Assembly: GCF_035654295.1 (NCBI RefSeq)
Contig: NZ_DASRXF010000016.1
Coordinates: forward strand, 10,663 to 74,662
Direction of reading: 5' to 3'
DNA from: Noviherbaspirillum sp.
Lineage (GTDB): Bacteria; Pseudomonadota; Gammaproteobacteria; Burkholderiales; Burkholderiaceae_D
Length of the DNA stretch: 64,000 nucleotides
Shown one piece after another: positions 1-7,476 of this stretch. Position numbers and translations under genes: made by a program. Within the stretch, counting starts at the first letter, position 1. Each line of letters starts with the position of its first letter. The notes beneath the pieces were generated by a model that worked only from the letters and a program-made list of their open reading frames with translations, was not told the origin of the DNA and made no database searches.

Positions 1-2
1 CG

Positions 3-1403
3 ATGCTGCGCCAGCTCGCCGACGAGGAAGTCTGGGTGCTGGGCGTGAAGGATTCGGAAAACGCGCGGCGCGCGGCCGCCCCCGCTTCGCGCAGGGCGCT
101 GGGCGACGAAGTGCGCCAGCTCTACCTGCAGGACTACGCCAGCCTGTGGGAACGCTTTATCGCCGACCTTGCGCTGGTGAAGACAGCCAACCTGTCGCAG
201 AGCATCGAGCAGGCGCGCATTCTCTCCGCGCCCGATTCGCCGCTGCCGCGCCTGTTGCGCGGCCTGGCTCGCGAGGTGACCCTGGGCGAACGCCCGCGCA
301 CGGAAAAGCCGCCGCCCGGCAAGGTGAAGGACATGATCAGCCAGGGCAAGGATCAGTTGGGGGCGCTGATGGGGATGCAGGGGCAGGACAGCGCGATGCA
401 GGAACCCGAAGGCCGCAAGGTAGAGGCCATTGTCGACGAGCGCTTCGAGGCCTTGCGCCGCTTCGTGCGCAGCCCGGGCGGCAACCAGCCGGCGCCGGTC
501 GACGCCTCGCTCACGCTGATCAATGATCTCTATACGCTGCTGACGGCGACCGACGCCGCGCTCAAGGCAGGCAATACCCTGCCGCAGAGCGAGGTGCCCA
601 ACCGCGTCAAGGCGGAAGCCGCGCGTATGCCTGAACCCATGCGCAGCATGCTCACCGGGCTGGCGGACGCCAGCCTGCGCCAGGCGATCAGCTCCAGCCG
701 CAGCAATCTCAGCACCAAGCTGGCGGGCATGGTGGGCGAGCCCTGCCACAAGGCCCTGGCAGGACGCTACCCCTTCACCCCCGGCAGCAAGAAGGATGTG
801 GTGCCGGAAGACTTCGTGCGCATCATGGCGCGCGACGGCGTGATGGATGAGTTTTTCCAGAAAAACCTCGCACCCCTCGTCGACACCAGCACGCGGCCCT
901 GGCGTTTCCGCAACCTCGGCGATCCGTCCACCGGCGGCGTGTCCGAGGCCCTGATCCAGTTCGAACGGGCCCAGGAGATACGGCGCGTGTTCTTCCCGCC
1001 GGGCAGCAACGGCTTCGGCTTCCGGGTGAACATGCGCCCGGTGGACATGGACAAGGGGATCGACCAATCCATACTCGATATCGACGGCCAGCTCGTGAGC
1101 TACGCGCATGACAATGTGCCGGCGATGCTGGTGCAATGGCCGGGGCCGCGCGCCAGTAACCAGATCACGCTCACGGTCACGTTGGCGCGCGGCGGCGACC
1201 AGTCGCAATCCTACGAGGGCCCATGGGCGCTGTTCCGCCTTTTCGAGCGCGCGCAGATCGTGCGCAGTGCGCAGCCCGAGCGGTTCCGTGCCACCGTCCA
1301 TATCGCCGGACGCCGCGTGACCTACGACGTGACGACCAGCAGCGTGCAGAACCCATTCCGCTTGCCCGAACTACAGGCCTTCCAATGCCCAGCGAAACTC
1401 TAG
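3..1403 (+). CDS. tssM: TssM/IcmF-family T6SS membrane-complex protein, C-terminal 466 aa (5' end outside window)
   Basis: ORF open at the left edge. C-terminal IcmF-type region recognised by eye. Overlapped by 19 nt by tagF and embedded in a T6SS cluster. Confidence 0.85.
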   Translation: MLRQLADEEVWVLGVKDSENARRAAAPASRRALGDEVRQLYLQDYASLWERFIADLALVKTANLSQSIEQARILSAPDSPLPRLLRGLAREVTLGERPRTEKPPPGKVKDMISQGKDQLGALMGMQGQDSAMQEPEGRKVEAIVDERFEALRRFVRSPGGNQPAPVDASLTLINDLYTLLTATDAALKAGNTLPQSEVPNRVKAEAARMPEPMRSMLTGLADASLRQAISSSRSNLSTKLAGMVGEPCHKALAGRYPFTPGSKKDVVPEDFVRIMARDGVMDEFFQKNLAPLVDTSTRPWRFRNLGDPSTGGVSEALIQFERAQEIRRVFFPPGSNGFGFRVNMRPVDMDKGIDQSILDIDGQLVSYAHDNVPAMLVQWPGPRASNQITLTVTLARGGDQSQSYEGPWALFRLFERAQIVRSAQPERFRATVHIAGRRVTYDVTTSSVQNPFRLPELQAFQCPAKL

Positions 1404-2044
1404 CCCCAGGCGAGATCGGGTGGTACGGCAAGCTGCCGGCCGCCGGCGATTTCCTCCGCCACCATCTGCCGGATGCCTTCGTCGACGACTGGGATGCCTG
1501 GCTGCGCGCCGGCATGGCGGCCGCGGCGGATGCGCAGGGCGAGGACTGGCAGGACAGCTTTCTTCGCTTTCCGGTCTGGTATTTCCTGCGCGGCAATGAC
1601 GGCAGCGGCGCGTGGGCCGGACTGCTGCTGCCGGGCGTGGACCGCGTTGGACGCTTGTTCCCCATGACCGTTGCCTTCAACATCCCGCCGGACGACTTTG
1701 GCGGCCTGGCATTCGCGCAGATCGAGACGCGCCTTGCCGCGATCGAAGACCACACTCTCGCGGTGCTCGGCGACGACGACCTTGAGCGTTTTGAAGAAGC
1801 GCTCGCCGCCTTGCAGCCCTTGCAGCCGGAGCCGCAAGACACGTCCGCCACGTCCGCCACGCCGGCCGCCCTGGTCGAGACACTGGGCAAACAAGCGCTT
1901 TACGCAAGCCTCGCAGAGCGTGCGGTCTTCTGGTCATCCGTCCACGCCGCGGAGAAATTCCTGCACGCGCTGCCGGAACCCCTGCAGGCCGACAGCTTCT
2001 GCAAGCTCGTTCTGCCCGCTCCCATCCCTATCCTGAGTGAATGA
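1385..2044 (+). CDS. tagF: TagF/ImpM (DUF2094) T6SS-associated post-translational regulator
   Basis: In-frame ATG at 1385 inside track ORF 1223..2044. The N-terminus GWYGKLPAAGDFLRHHLP is the typical TagF start. Position directly after tssM matches H1-type clusters. Confidence 0.8.
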   Translation: MPSETLAPGEIGWYGKLPAAGDFLRHHLPDAFVDDWDAWLRAGMAAAADAQGEDWQDSFLRFPVWYFLRGNDGSGAWAGLLLPGVDRVGRLFPMTVAFNIPPDDFGGLAFAQIETRLAAIEDHTLAVLGDDDLERFEEALAALQPLQPEPQDTSATSATPAALVETLGKQALYASLAERAVFWSSVHAAEKFLHALPEPLQADSFCKLVLPAPIPILSE

Positions 2045-4613
2045 CATGGACGACGACAATGACAGGACCGTAGTGCGCAGCAGCCACACGCACCGGCCGC
2101 AGGCGCCGCGCGATTTCGGCGCGCAGACGCAGGGCGTCAACGGGCTGCCGGTCGGCACCCGTCTGGGCGAGTTCGAGATCACCGGACTGGTGGGTGAAGG
2201 CGGCTTCGGCATCGTGTATCTCGCCTACGATCATTCGCTGGACCGCCAGGTGGCGCTGAAGGAATACATGCCCGCGGGCATGGCCTCGCGCACCCAGGCC
2301 TTGCAAGTGACCGTGCGCTCCCGCCACTATGTCGACACCTTCACGATGGGCCTGAAAAGCTTCGTGAACGAAGCACGCATGCTGGCGCGCTTCGATTCAC
2401 CCTCGCTGGTGAAGGTCTATCGCTTCTGGGAAGACAATGGCACTGCGTACATGGTCATGCCCTACTACGACGGCGTCACGCTCAAGCAGGCGCTGACGGA
2501 CCGGCTGGTGGTGCCGGACGAAGAATGGCTGCGCCGGCTGCTGACCAATCTGCTCGATGCGATCGACACGATCCACCAGGTGCAGTGCTACCACCGTGAC
2601 ATCGCCCCCGACAATATCCTCATCCTGAAAGACGGCAGGCCGCTGCTGCTGGACTTCGGCGCCGCGCGCCGCGTCATCGGCGACCTCACGCAGGGCCTGA
2701 CCGTGATTCTCAAGCCCGGCTTCGCGCCCATCGAGCAGTATGCGGACATCCCCGGCCTGAAGCAGGGTCCGTGGACGGACATCTACGCGCTGGCCGCGGT
2801 CGTCTACTTTGCCATCACCGGCAAGACGCCGCCGCCATCGGTGGCGCGCATCGTCAACGACGAGATGCTCCCGGCACGCGAGGCGGGGCGAGGACGGTAC
2901 AGCGAGCATTTCCTTGGCGTGATCGACCGCGCGCTTGCCGTCAAGCCCGAGAACCGCATCGGCTCGGTGGCCGAACTGCGCGATGCGCTCGGCCTGCAGG
3001 CCGGCATTTCACGCACCATGCCGGGCCTCGGCGCGCGCGCGCCCGCCGGCGGAGCCAGCCCTTCCCCATGGCCGGGCACGCAATCTCCCCGCCGCACCGG
3101 CACCGGGAAGACGGCGCAGGACGACGACTGGCACAAGACCATGGTCTCCGACCAGCGTCAGATGCCGCCCAGGAAGCGCAGCAAGGTCGGCGCGATCCTC
3201 GGCACTCTGGTTGTCCTCGCGGGCGTGGGCGGAGGCGTGGCCGGATACCGCTGGATGACCGGTGCCGGCAATCAGGAAACGCCTACCGCAGAACGGCCGG
3301 CGGCCGCAACCGACGAAGTGCAAAGCTCAGGCTCCACCGAGGGCGCCGGGACCTCCGCCTCCGGACCGGGCCCGGGCACCCCCCCGCCCCCGGCGGCTGA
3401 TGCATCGCCTCCCCCTCCAGCCGCCCCGCCCGCCACGCCGCCCGCAGCCATCACGCCTGCACCGGCACCGCCGCCCCCGGTCGCGCTCAACACGGAAAAG
3501 CCCGCGCCCGAACCCCGTCAGGCCAAGCCGCTGCCGCCCGCACCTGCTGCGCCGACGACCGCACCCGCAGCGCCGGCAGCGCCGGGCCTGTCAGCAGAAG
3601 ACGAACTCTGGCGCGCGGCAACGGAAAAGGATACGCGTTCCGCCTATGAGGCCTACCTGAAGAAGTACCCGCGCGGCAAACATGCGCAGGCCGCGCGCGT
3701 GATGATCGACAGCACCGCGCCGAAACTGACGCAGGCGGAACCCGCGCCCGCTGCGCCAACGCCGCCGGTGAAAGAAGACAAGCCCGCGCCGCCGGCGTCA
3801 AAATCGCCCGACACGGCTACCGCCATGAACAATGCGACGGCACCGTCCGCGCCAAAGCCGGAAGCAAAGCCTCCCGCTCCGGAGCCGGAACGCCGCCCCG
3901 CGCAAACGTCCGTCAATCCGGCAGGTACACCCTCCGTCGCCCCGCCTGCGCCCCCGCCTGCCCCTGCTCCCGCCGCGCCACCGCCGCCCGTCACACTCAG
4001 GACCCCCGGCCCCGACCCGTCCACCGAGGCGAAAAAGGAAGCGCCAAAACCCGAAACGCCTCCGCCGCCGCCGGCAGGCACGCAGAAGACGATCAAGCTC
4101 GCGGGCCAGACCATGACCGGCAATTTCACTGCCGATCCTGCCACCGGCATCGTGTCCGGCAGCGGCCATATTGTCTGGGACAACGGCGACCGTTACGAAG
4201 GCCGCCTCGTCAAGGGCAGCAAGGAAGGCCGGGGCCAGTTCACCTGGGCCAACGGCCAGCGCTATACCGGGGACTGGGCCGGCGACGTACCGAACGGCAA
4301 AGGCGTGCTCCGCTTCGCCAACGGCAACCGCTATGAAGGCGAGGTCAGGAACGGCGAGCCCCACGGCCAAGGCACCATCCGTTTTCCGAGCGGCGACGTC
4401 TATACGGGCGGCTGGATGAAAGGCAAGCACCACGGCCAGGGCAAGTACACCTGGGCCAACGGAACGTACTGGGAAGGCGAGTTCAGGGATGGCGCGAAGA
4501 CCGAGAACGGCAAGACGGTGTTTGCCGATGGCCGCGTGCAGATGGGAACCACCGCCTCGGCCGAAGCAGGCGGTGCGCAGCAGAACACCTCGGGCAGCAC
4601 GACTGAGAGATAG
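2037..4613 (+). CDS. ppkA: Hanks-type Ser/Thr protein kinase, PpkA-like: N-terminal kinase, one TM helix, Pro/Ala-rich linker, five C-terminal MORN repeats
   Basis: Kinase motifs VALKEY, HRDIAPDNIL and LLDFGAA are visible. TM segment VGAILGTLVVLAGVGGGVAGY lies at about 3183-3255. Five 23-aa units (YEGRLVKGSKEGRGQFTWANGQR etc.) span 4194-4539. Start is GTG 2037 (overlaps the tagF stop) or ATG 2046. Confidence 0.85.
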   Translation: MNDMDDDNDRTVVRSSHTHRPQAPRDFGAQTQGVNGLPVGTRLGEFEITGLVGEGGFGIVYLAYDHSLDRQVALKEYMPAGMASRTQALQVTVRSRHYVDTFTMGLKSFVNEARMLARFDSPSLVKVYRFWEDNGTAYMVMPYYDGVTLKQALTDRLVVPDEEWLRRLLTNLLDAIDTIHQVQCYHRDIAPDNILILKDGRPLLLDFGAARRVIGDLTQGLTVILKPGFAPIEQYADIPGLKQGPWTDIYALAAVVYFAITGKTPPPSVARIVNDEMLPAREAGRGRYSEHFLGVIDRALAVKPENRIGSVAELRDALGLQAGISRTMPGLGARAPAGGASPSPWPGTQSPRRTGTGKTAQDDDWHKTMVSDQRQMPPRKRSKVGAILGTLVVLAGVGGGVAGYRWMTGAGNQETPTAERPAAATDEVQSSGSTEGAGTSASGPGPGTPPPPAADASPPPPAAPPATPPAAITPAPAPPPPVALNTEKPAPEPRQAKPLPPAPAAPTTAPAAPAAPGLSAEDELWRAATEKDTRSAYEAYLKKYPRGKHAQAARVMIDSTAPKLTQAEPAPAAPTPPVKEDKPAPPASKSPDTATAMNNATAPSAPKPEAKPPAPEPERRPAQTSVNPAGTPSVAPPAPPPAPAPAAPPPPVTLRTPGPDPSTEAKKEAPKPETPPPPPAGTQKTIKLAGQTMTGNFTADPATGIVSGSGHIVWDNGDRYEGRLVKGSKEGRGQFTWANGQRYTGDWAGDVPNGKGVLRFANGNRYEGEVRNGEPHGQGTIRFPSGDVYTGGWMKGKHHGQGKYTWANGTYWEGEFRDGAKTENGKTVFADGRVQMGTTASAEAGGAQQNTSGSTTER

Positions 4614-4708
4614 GAGATTCGTACGTAAGTTGTATGGCGCGGCGGAGGGTATCGGCTATATCGTTATTCAACCGCTCATGAACAGCAACCAGAACAAGGA
4701 GAGATGCC

Positions 4709-5191
4709 ATGGCTGTGGATATGTTTTTGAAACTTGACGACGTCAAGGGTGAATCGCGGGATTCCAAGCACAAGGATGCGATCGAGGTACTCGCCTGGAG
4801 CTGGGGCATGAGCCAGACCGGCACCACGCACACAGGAACCGGCGGCGGCGCGGGCAAAGTGAGTGTTCAGGACCTGTCCATCACCAAGTACATCGACAAG
4901 GCAACGCCGAGCCTCACGATGTACTGCTGTAACGGGAAGCACTTTAAGGAAGGCGTCCTCATCGTGCGCAAGGCGGGCGAGAAGCCGGTCGAGTATCTGA
5001 AGATCACGATGAAGGAAATCATCGTCTCCTCCGTCTCCACCGGCGGCAGCGGCGGCGAAGACAAGCTGACGGAAAACATTTCCCTGAACTTCGCCGAGTT
5101 CAAGGCCGAGTATGTGCCGCAGAAGGCGGATGGGTCTTCGGATTCGACGATTACTGCGGCTTGGCATATTGCGGAGAACAAGCAGGGGTAA
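4709..5191 (+). CDS. hcp: Hcp (TssD) T6SS tube protein, Hcp1-type
   Basis: 160 aa. MAVDMFLKLDDVKGES...LAWSWGMSQ...GGGAGKVSVQDLS..KYIDK.TP closely resembles P. aeruginosa Hcp1 as I recall it. SD AAGGAG lies upstream of ATG 4709. Confidence 0.93.
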   Translation: MAVDMFLKLDDVKGESRDSKHKDAIEVLAWSWGMSQTGTTHTGTGGGAGKVSVQDLSITKYIDKATPSLTMYCCNGKHFKEGVLIVRKAGEKPVEYLKITMKEIIVSSVSTGGSGGEDKLTENISLNFAEFKAEYVPQKADGSSDSTITAAWHIAENKQG

Positions 5192-5230
5192 CAAGCTGTT
5201 CGCTACAGTCAGCAGAAGGAGACGGGTCGC

Positions 5231-5273
5231 GAGGCGACGCGCGGAGAACGGCAAGAAACGATCGCGTCGCTTC
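5231..5273 (+). terminator. Possible weak hairpin/attenuator downstream of hcp
   Basis: An 11-bp stem (5231-5241 pairs with 5263-5273, one G-U) with a 21-nt loop, followed by a pyrimidine-rich TTCTCCTCTCC tract but no clean U-tract. Function not established. Confidence 0.25.
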
Positions 5274-5308
5274 TCCTCTCCCTGCCTGGCATCTTTAGGA
5301 GAATCGCC

Positions 5309-5689
5309 ATGCCAGTTTTCAGGCCTGCACATCTCCTCTACGAAGGAGGAAGCGAGGAGATCAATAGGTACCGGGGGAGAAAGGTACGATCCATAGGAAA
5401 AGTCGCCCTGTATCTGCCGCCGGGCCGTCCCGAGCCAGGCGGCTCTGTGGTGTATTTGAAGTCGATGTACGTTGAACCGGCCTGGACAGGATTTATCGGG
5501 GGATGGCATGCGGAAAACGGCTGTATCGCCCTCGCTTACCCCAAGGCACAACCCATCGGCGAGGTGATGACCTTCGAAAAGCTCATGTCGGGACGGAACC
5601 TGACCGAATGCCACATATTCAACCTGGTGGACATGTCCACGTTCAGGTTTCACTTCGAGATGGAAGACACCGGCCGTTCCAAGACCTAG
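5309..5689 (+). CDS. Hypothetical small protein (126 aa), no recognisable domain
   Basis: GGAG lies 7 nt before ATG 5309. Sits in a lower-GC islet directly downstream of hcp. No signal peptide or TM helix visible. Confidence 0.55.
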   Translation: MPVFRPAHLLYEGGSEEINRYRGRKVRSIGKVALYLPPGRPEPGGSVVYLKSMYVEPAWTGFIGGWHAENGCIALAYPKAQPIGEVMTFEKLMSGRNLTECHIFNLVDMSTFRFHFEMEDTGRSKT

Positions 5690-5824
5690 GCGAATCTCAC
5701 GAAGAGGGCCGCTGATTTTCGCTCTTGCTTCAGTGGCCTTCCATTCTCCCGATCCGGCCTATGTGCCACGAGTGCGGCGTCTCGTTTCTCATGAGTCGCT
5801 CCACGGTGTGGCAAGGAGAAAGTG

Positions 5825-6337
5825 ATGACTACATTAGACAACACCGGATTCTCCATCCTGATGCCGAAGGACCGGCCGCGTCCAAAAATCACAAACCGGA
5901 CGCATGCCCGATTACGCCATACCTACAACATGTGGCACGACGATCTTAAGGAACAGCTGGCAGAGGAAGAGGCTGTCGCACAAAAGAAATACAAGGCCAA
6001 AGAAAATCAGATTCTTTTCGATGACAATTTGAACATAGAAGATCCTCGAGGAAAGAGCAAATATACGCAGGGAAGAAAAAGCAAGTTCGACTCGGACACT
6101 TTCATCCGGCAAGCGGTTGACGAGTCCTATAAGCATCCTGCTATCGCAAAACCGGGTAAGGAAAAATCCCATTCGCACTCCATCACTTTCGACTTCGGAT
6201 GCGAAGTGGGATTTGATGCAAGGCATAACCGCCGGACGTCCACGGTAACGGTTGTTGTTCATCCCGGCAAATCCGACGGCCCGCCGGAAGGCAGATTCGA
6301 ACCCGGAGAAGTCATCACCGTTTACCCCGGCTTTTAG
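5825..6337 (+). CDS. Hypothetical protein (170 aa): Lys/Glu-rich N-terminal half and compact His-rich C-terminal region
   Basis: AAGGAG at 5813-5818 lies 6 nt before ATG 5825. The gene sits in the lowest-GC part of the islet (60-nt lines counted at 35-48% GC). No domain recognised. Confidence 0.55.
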   Translation: MTTLDNTGFSILMPKDRPRPKITNRTHARLRHTYNMWHDDLKEQLAEEEAVAQKKYKAKENQILFDDNLNIEDPRGKSKYTQGRKSKFDSDTFIRQAVDESYKHPAIAKPGKEKSHSHSITFDFGCEVGFDARHNRRTSTVTVVVHPGKSDGPPEGRFEPGEVITVYPGF

Positions 6338-6457
6338 TTTCCAACAGTAGAGGGATTTTCGCCGCGCTATCGTCAATAGACCTGTTTGGCCGGCCCGTTC
6401 TCCCGTTCAGAATCTCGCGCGGCATATGGCCTTCTTTTCATTTTCAAGGAGCATAAC

Positions 6458-6922
6458 GTGGCACTAACTTTCGATCCCCGGTGCAAAAAACTGCTGCAGG
6501 AGGAATACGCGCGCCTGAAGTATTTCAATGGACCGCTCTGCAGCATAGTGGAAGGCCTTTCGGCCTACGTATCCGGCCTGTGCAAGAAGGACGTCATGGT
6601 CACCTGCATCTGCCGCACCCAGGCCCGCAACGACGAAATCTACGCTTGCATGAAGGAGAAAGCGCGTCCCAAGCCGCGCAAGACCGCGCACAGCGTTTAT
6701 GCCGCCATCGACTTGCGGTCCCGCGGGCTTGAAAAGCACATTCCAGCCATGCTCGATTGGCTTAATCAGTACAACAGCAGTAATGCCAACCCCACGAAGT
6801 CCGGCCGGACCGCCTTCTTTCATGAGGTCAACGGGCATGGCCCTCACTTTCATGTCCAGTACCAATTGAAGACGATCAAGCAAAAGCCGCTGACCAAAAT
6901 GCATGCCAAGCAGGTACGGTAG
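6458..6922 (+). CDS. Small protein (154 aa) with LAS-type (peptidase M15-like) zinc-binding signature, putative peptidoglycan peptidase
   Basis: AGGAG lies 6 nt before GTG 6458 (the track start 6386 is a TTG). Motifs are VTCICRTQARNDEIY, then AHSVYAAID (H-x6-D), then GPHFHV (H-x-H). Order and spacing are as in YcbK/phage M15 peptidases. Pattern-level call only. Confidence 0.5.
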   Translation: MALTFDPRCKKLLQEEYARLKYFNGPLCSIVEGLSAYVSGLCKKDVMVTCICRTQARNDEIYACMKEKARPKPRKTAHSVYAAIDLRSRGLEKHIPAMLDWLNQYNSSNANPTKSGRTAFFHEVNGHGPHFHVQYQLKTIKQKPLTKMHAKQVR

Positions 6923-6998
6923 ACGGCCACTCGCAGCTCCGTGAAGGATGGCTCCTCGAGAACTCGTGCGTCGTTGCTTTGCGGGGGAGGAGGTAACG

Positions 6999-7463
6999 CT
7001 AGCCGGCACTCCAGCTAAACGGCACCCATCCTCCCTTCACACCGCCAGACGAGGCCTGCGCCGCGTACTCATAGGTTACCCGCTGGAACGTGAACGCCAC
7101 GGCTTCCTCGGGCAGCTCGCGCTGGCTGTCGTGGGCCATTTCCACATTGGTCAGGCGCACCCGCTCGAACCTGATGGTGGCAAACAGCTGGGCGGCGCCG
7201 CCTGCACGCCGCATCGACAGTTTCGCCGTCGGAATTTCCTTGCCGGCCACGCAGCGCGCCATCAGCGCCGGAGAGGCGGTGTCAATGAGATGCGTGAACC
7301 GGAACTCTCGTACGTCCCCCCTGCCCGTTCCCTTGCCAGACAGGTTGTGCTCCGCATGCCAGTTCACACCCCAGTTCCAGCCGGTGACCATGATGGCGCC
7401 CTTGTAGTCGGCATCCACCGCTTCACCGGTGATCTGGTCGAACTGGATGAAGCAATCGCCCAT
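6999..7463 (-). CDS. hcp: Second, divergent Hcp (TssD) paralogue
   Basis: 154 aa in the position immediately after tssC. Hcp-like features are FIQFDQITGEA...GAIMVTGWNWGV and ...F.F.HLIDTASPALM. Much less similar to Hcp1 than the ORF at 4709. Confidence 0.8.
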   Translation of the reverse strand: MGDCFIQFDQITGEAVDADYKGAIMVTGWNWGVNWHAEHNLSGKGTGRGDVREFRFTHLIDTASPALMARCVAGKEIPTAKLSMRRAGGAAQLFATIRFERVRLTNVEMAHDSQRELPEEAVAFTFQRVTYEYAAQASSGGVKGGWVPFSWSAG

Positions 7464-7476
7464 CGCTCACTCCCTG

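Noticed and set aside
3330-4090. Highly repetitive CCG/GCC-rich DNA considered as a tandem-repeat or CRISPR-like array
   Set aside because: It is in frame within ppkA and encodes irregular Pro/Ala-rich low complexity. There are no constant-length repeat or spacer units.
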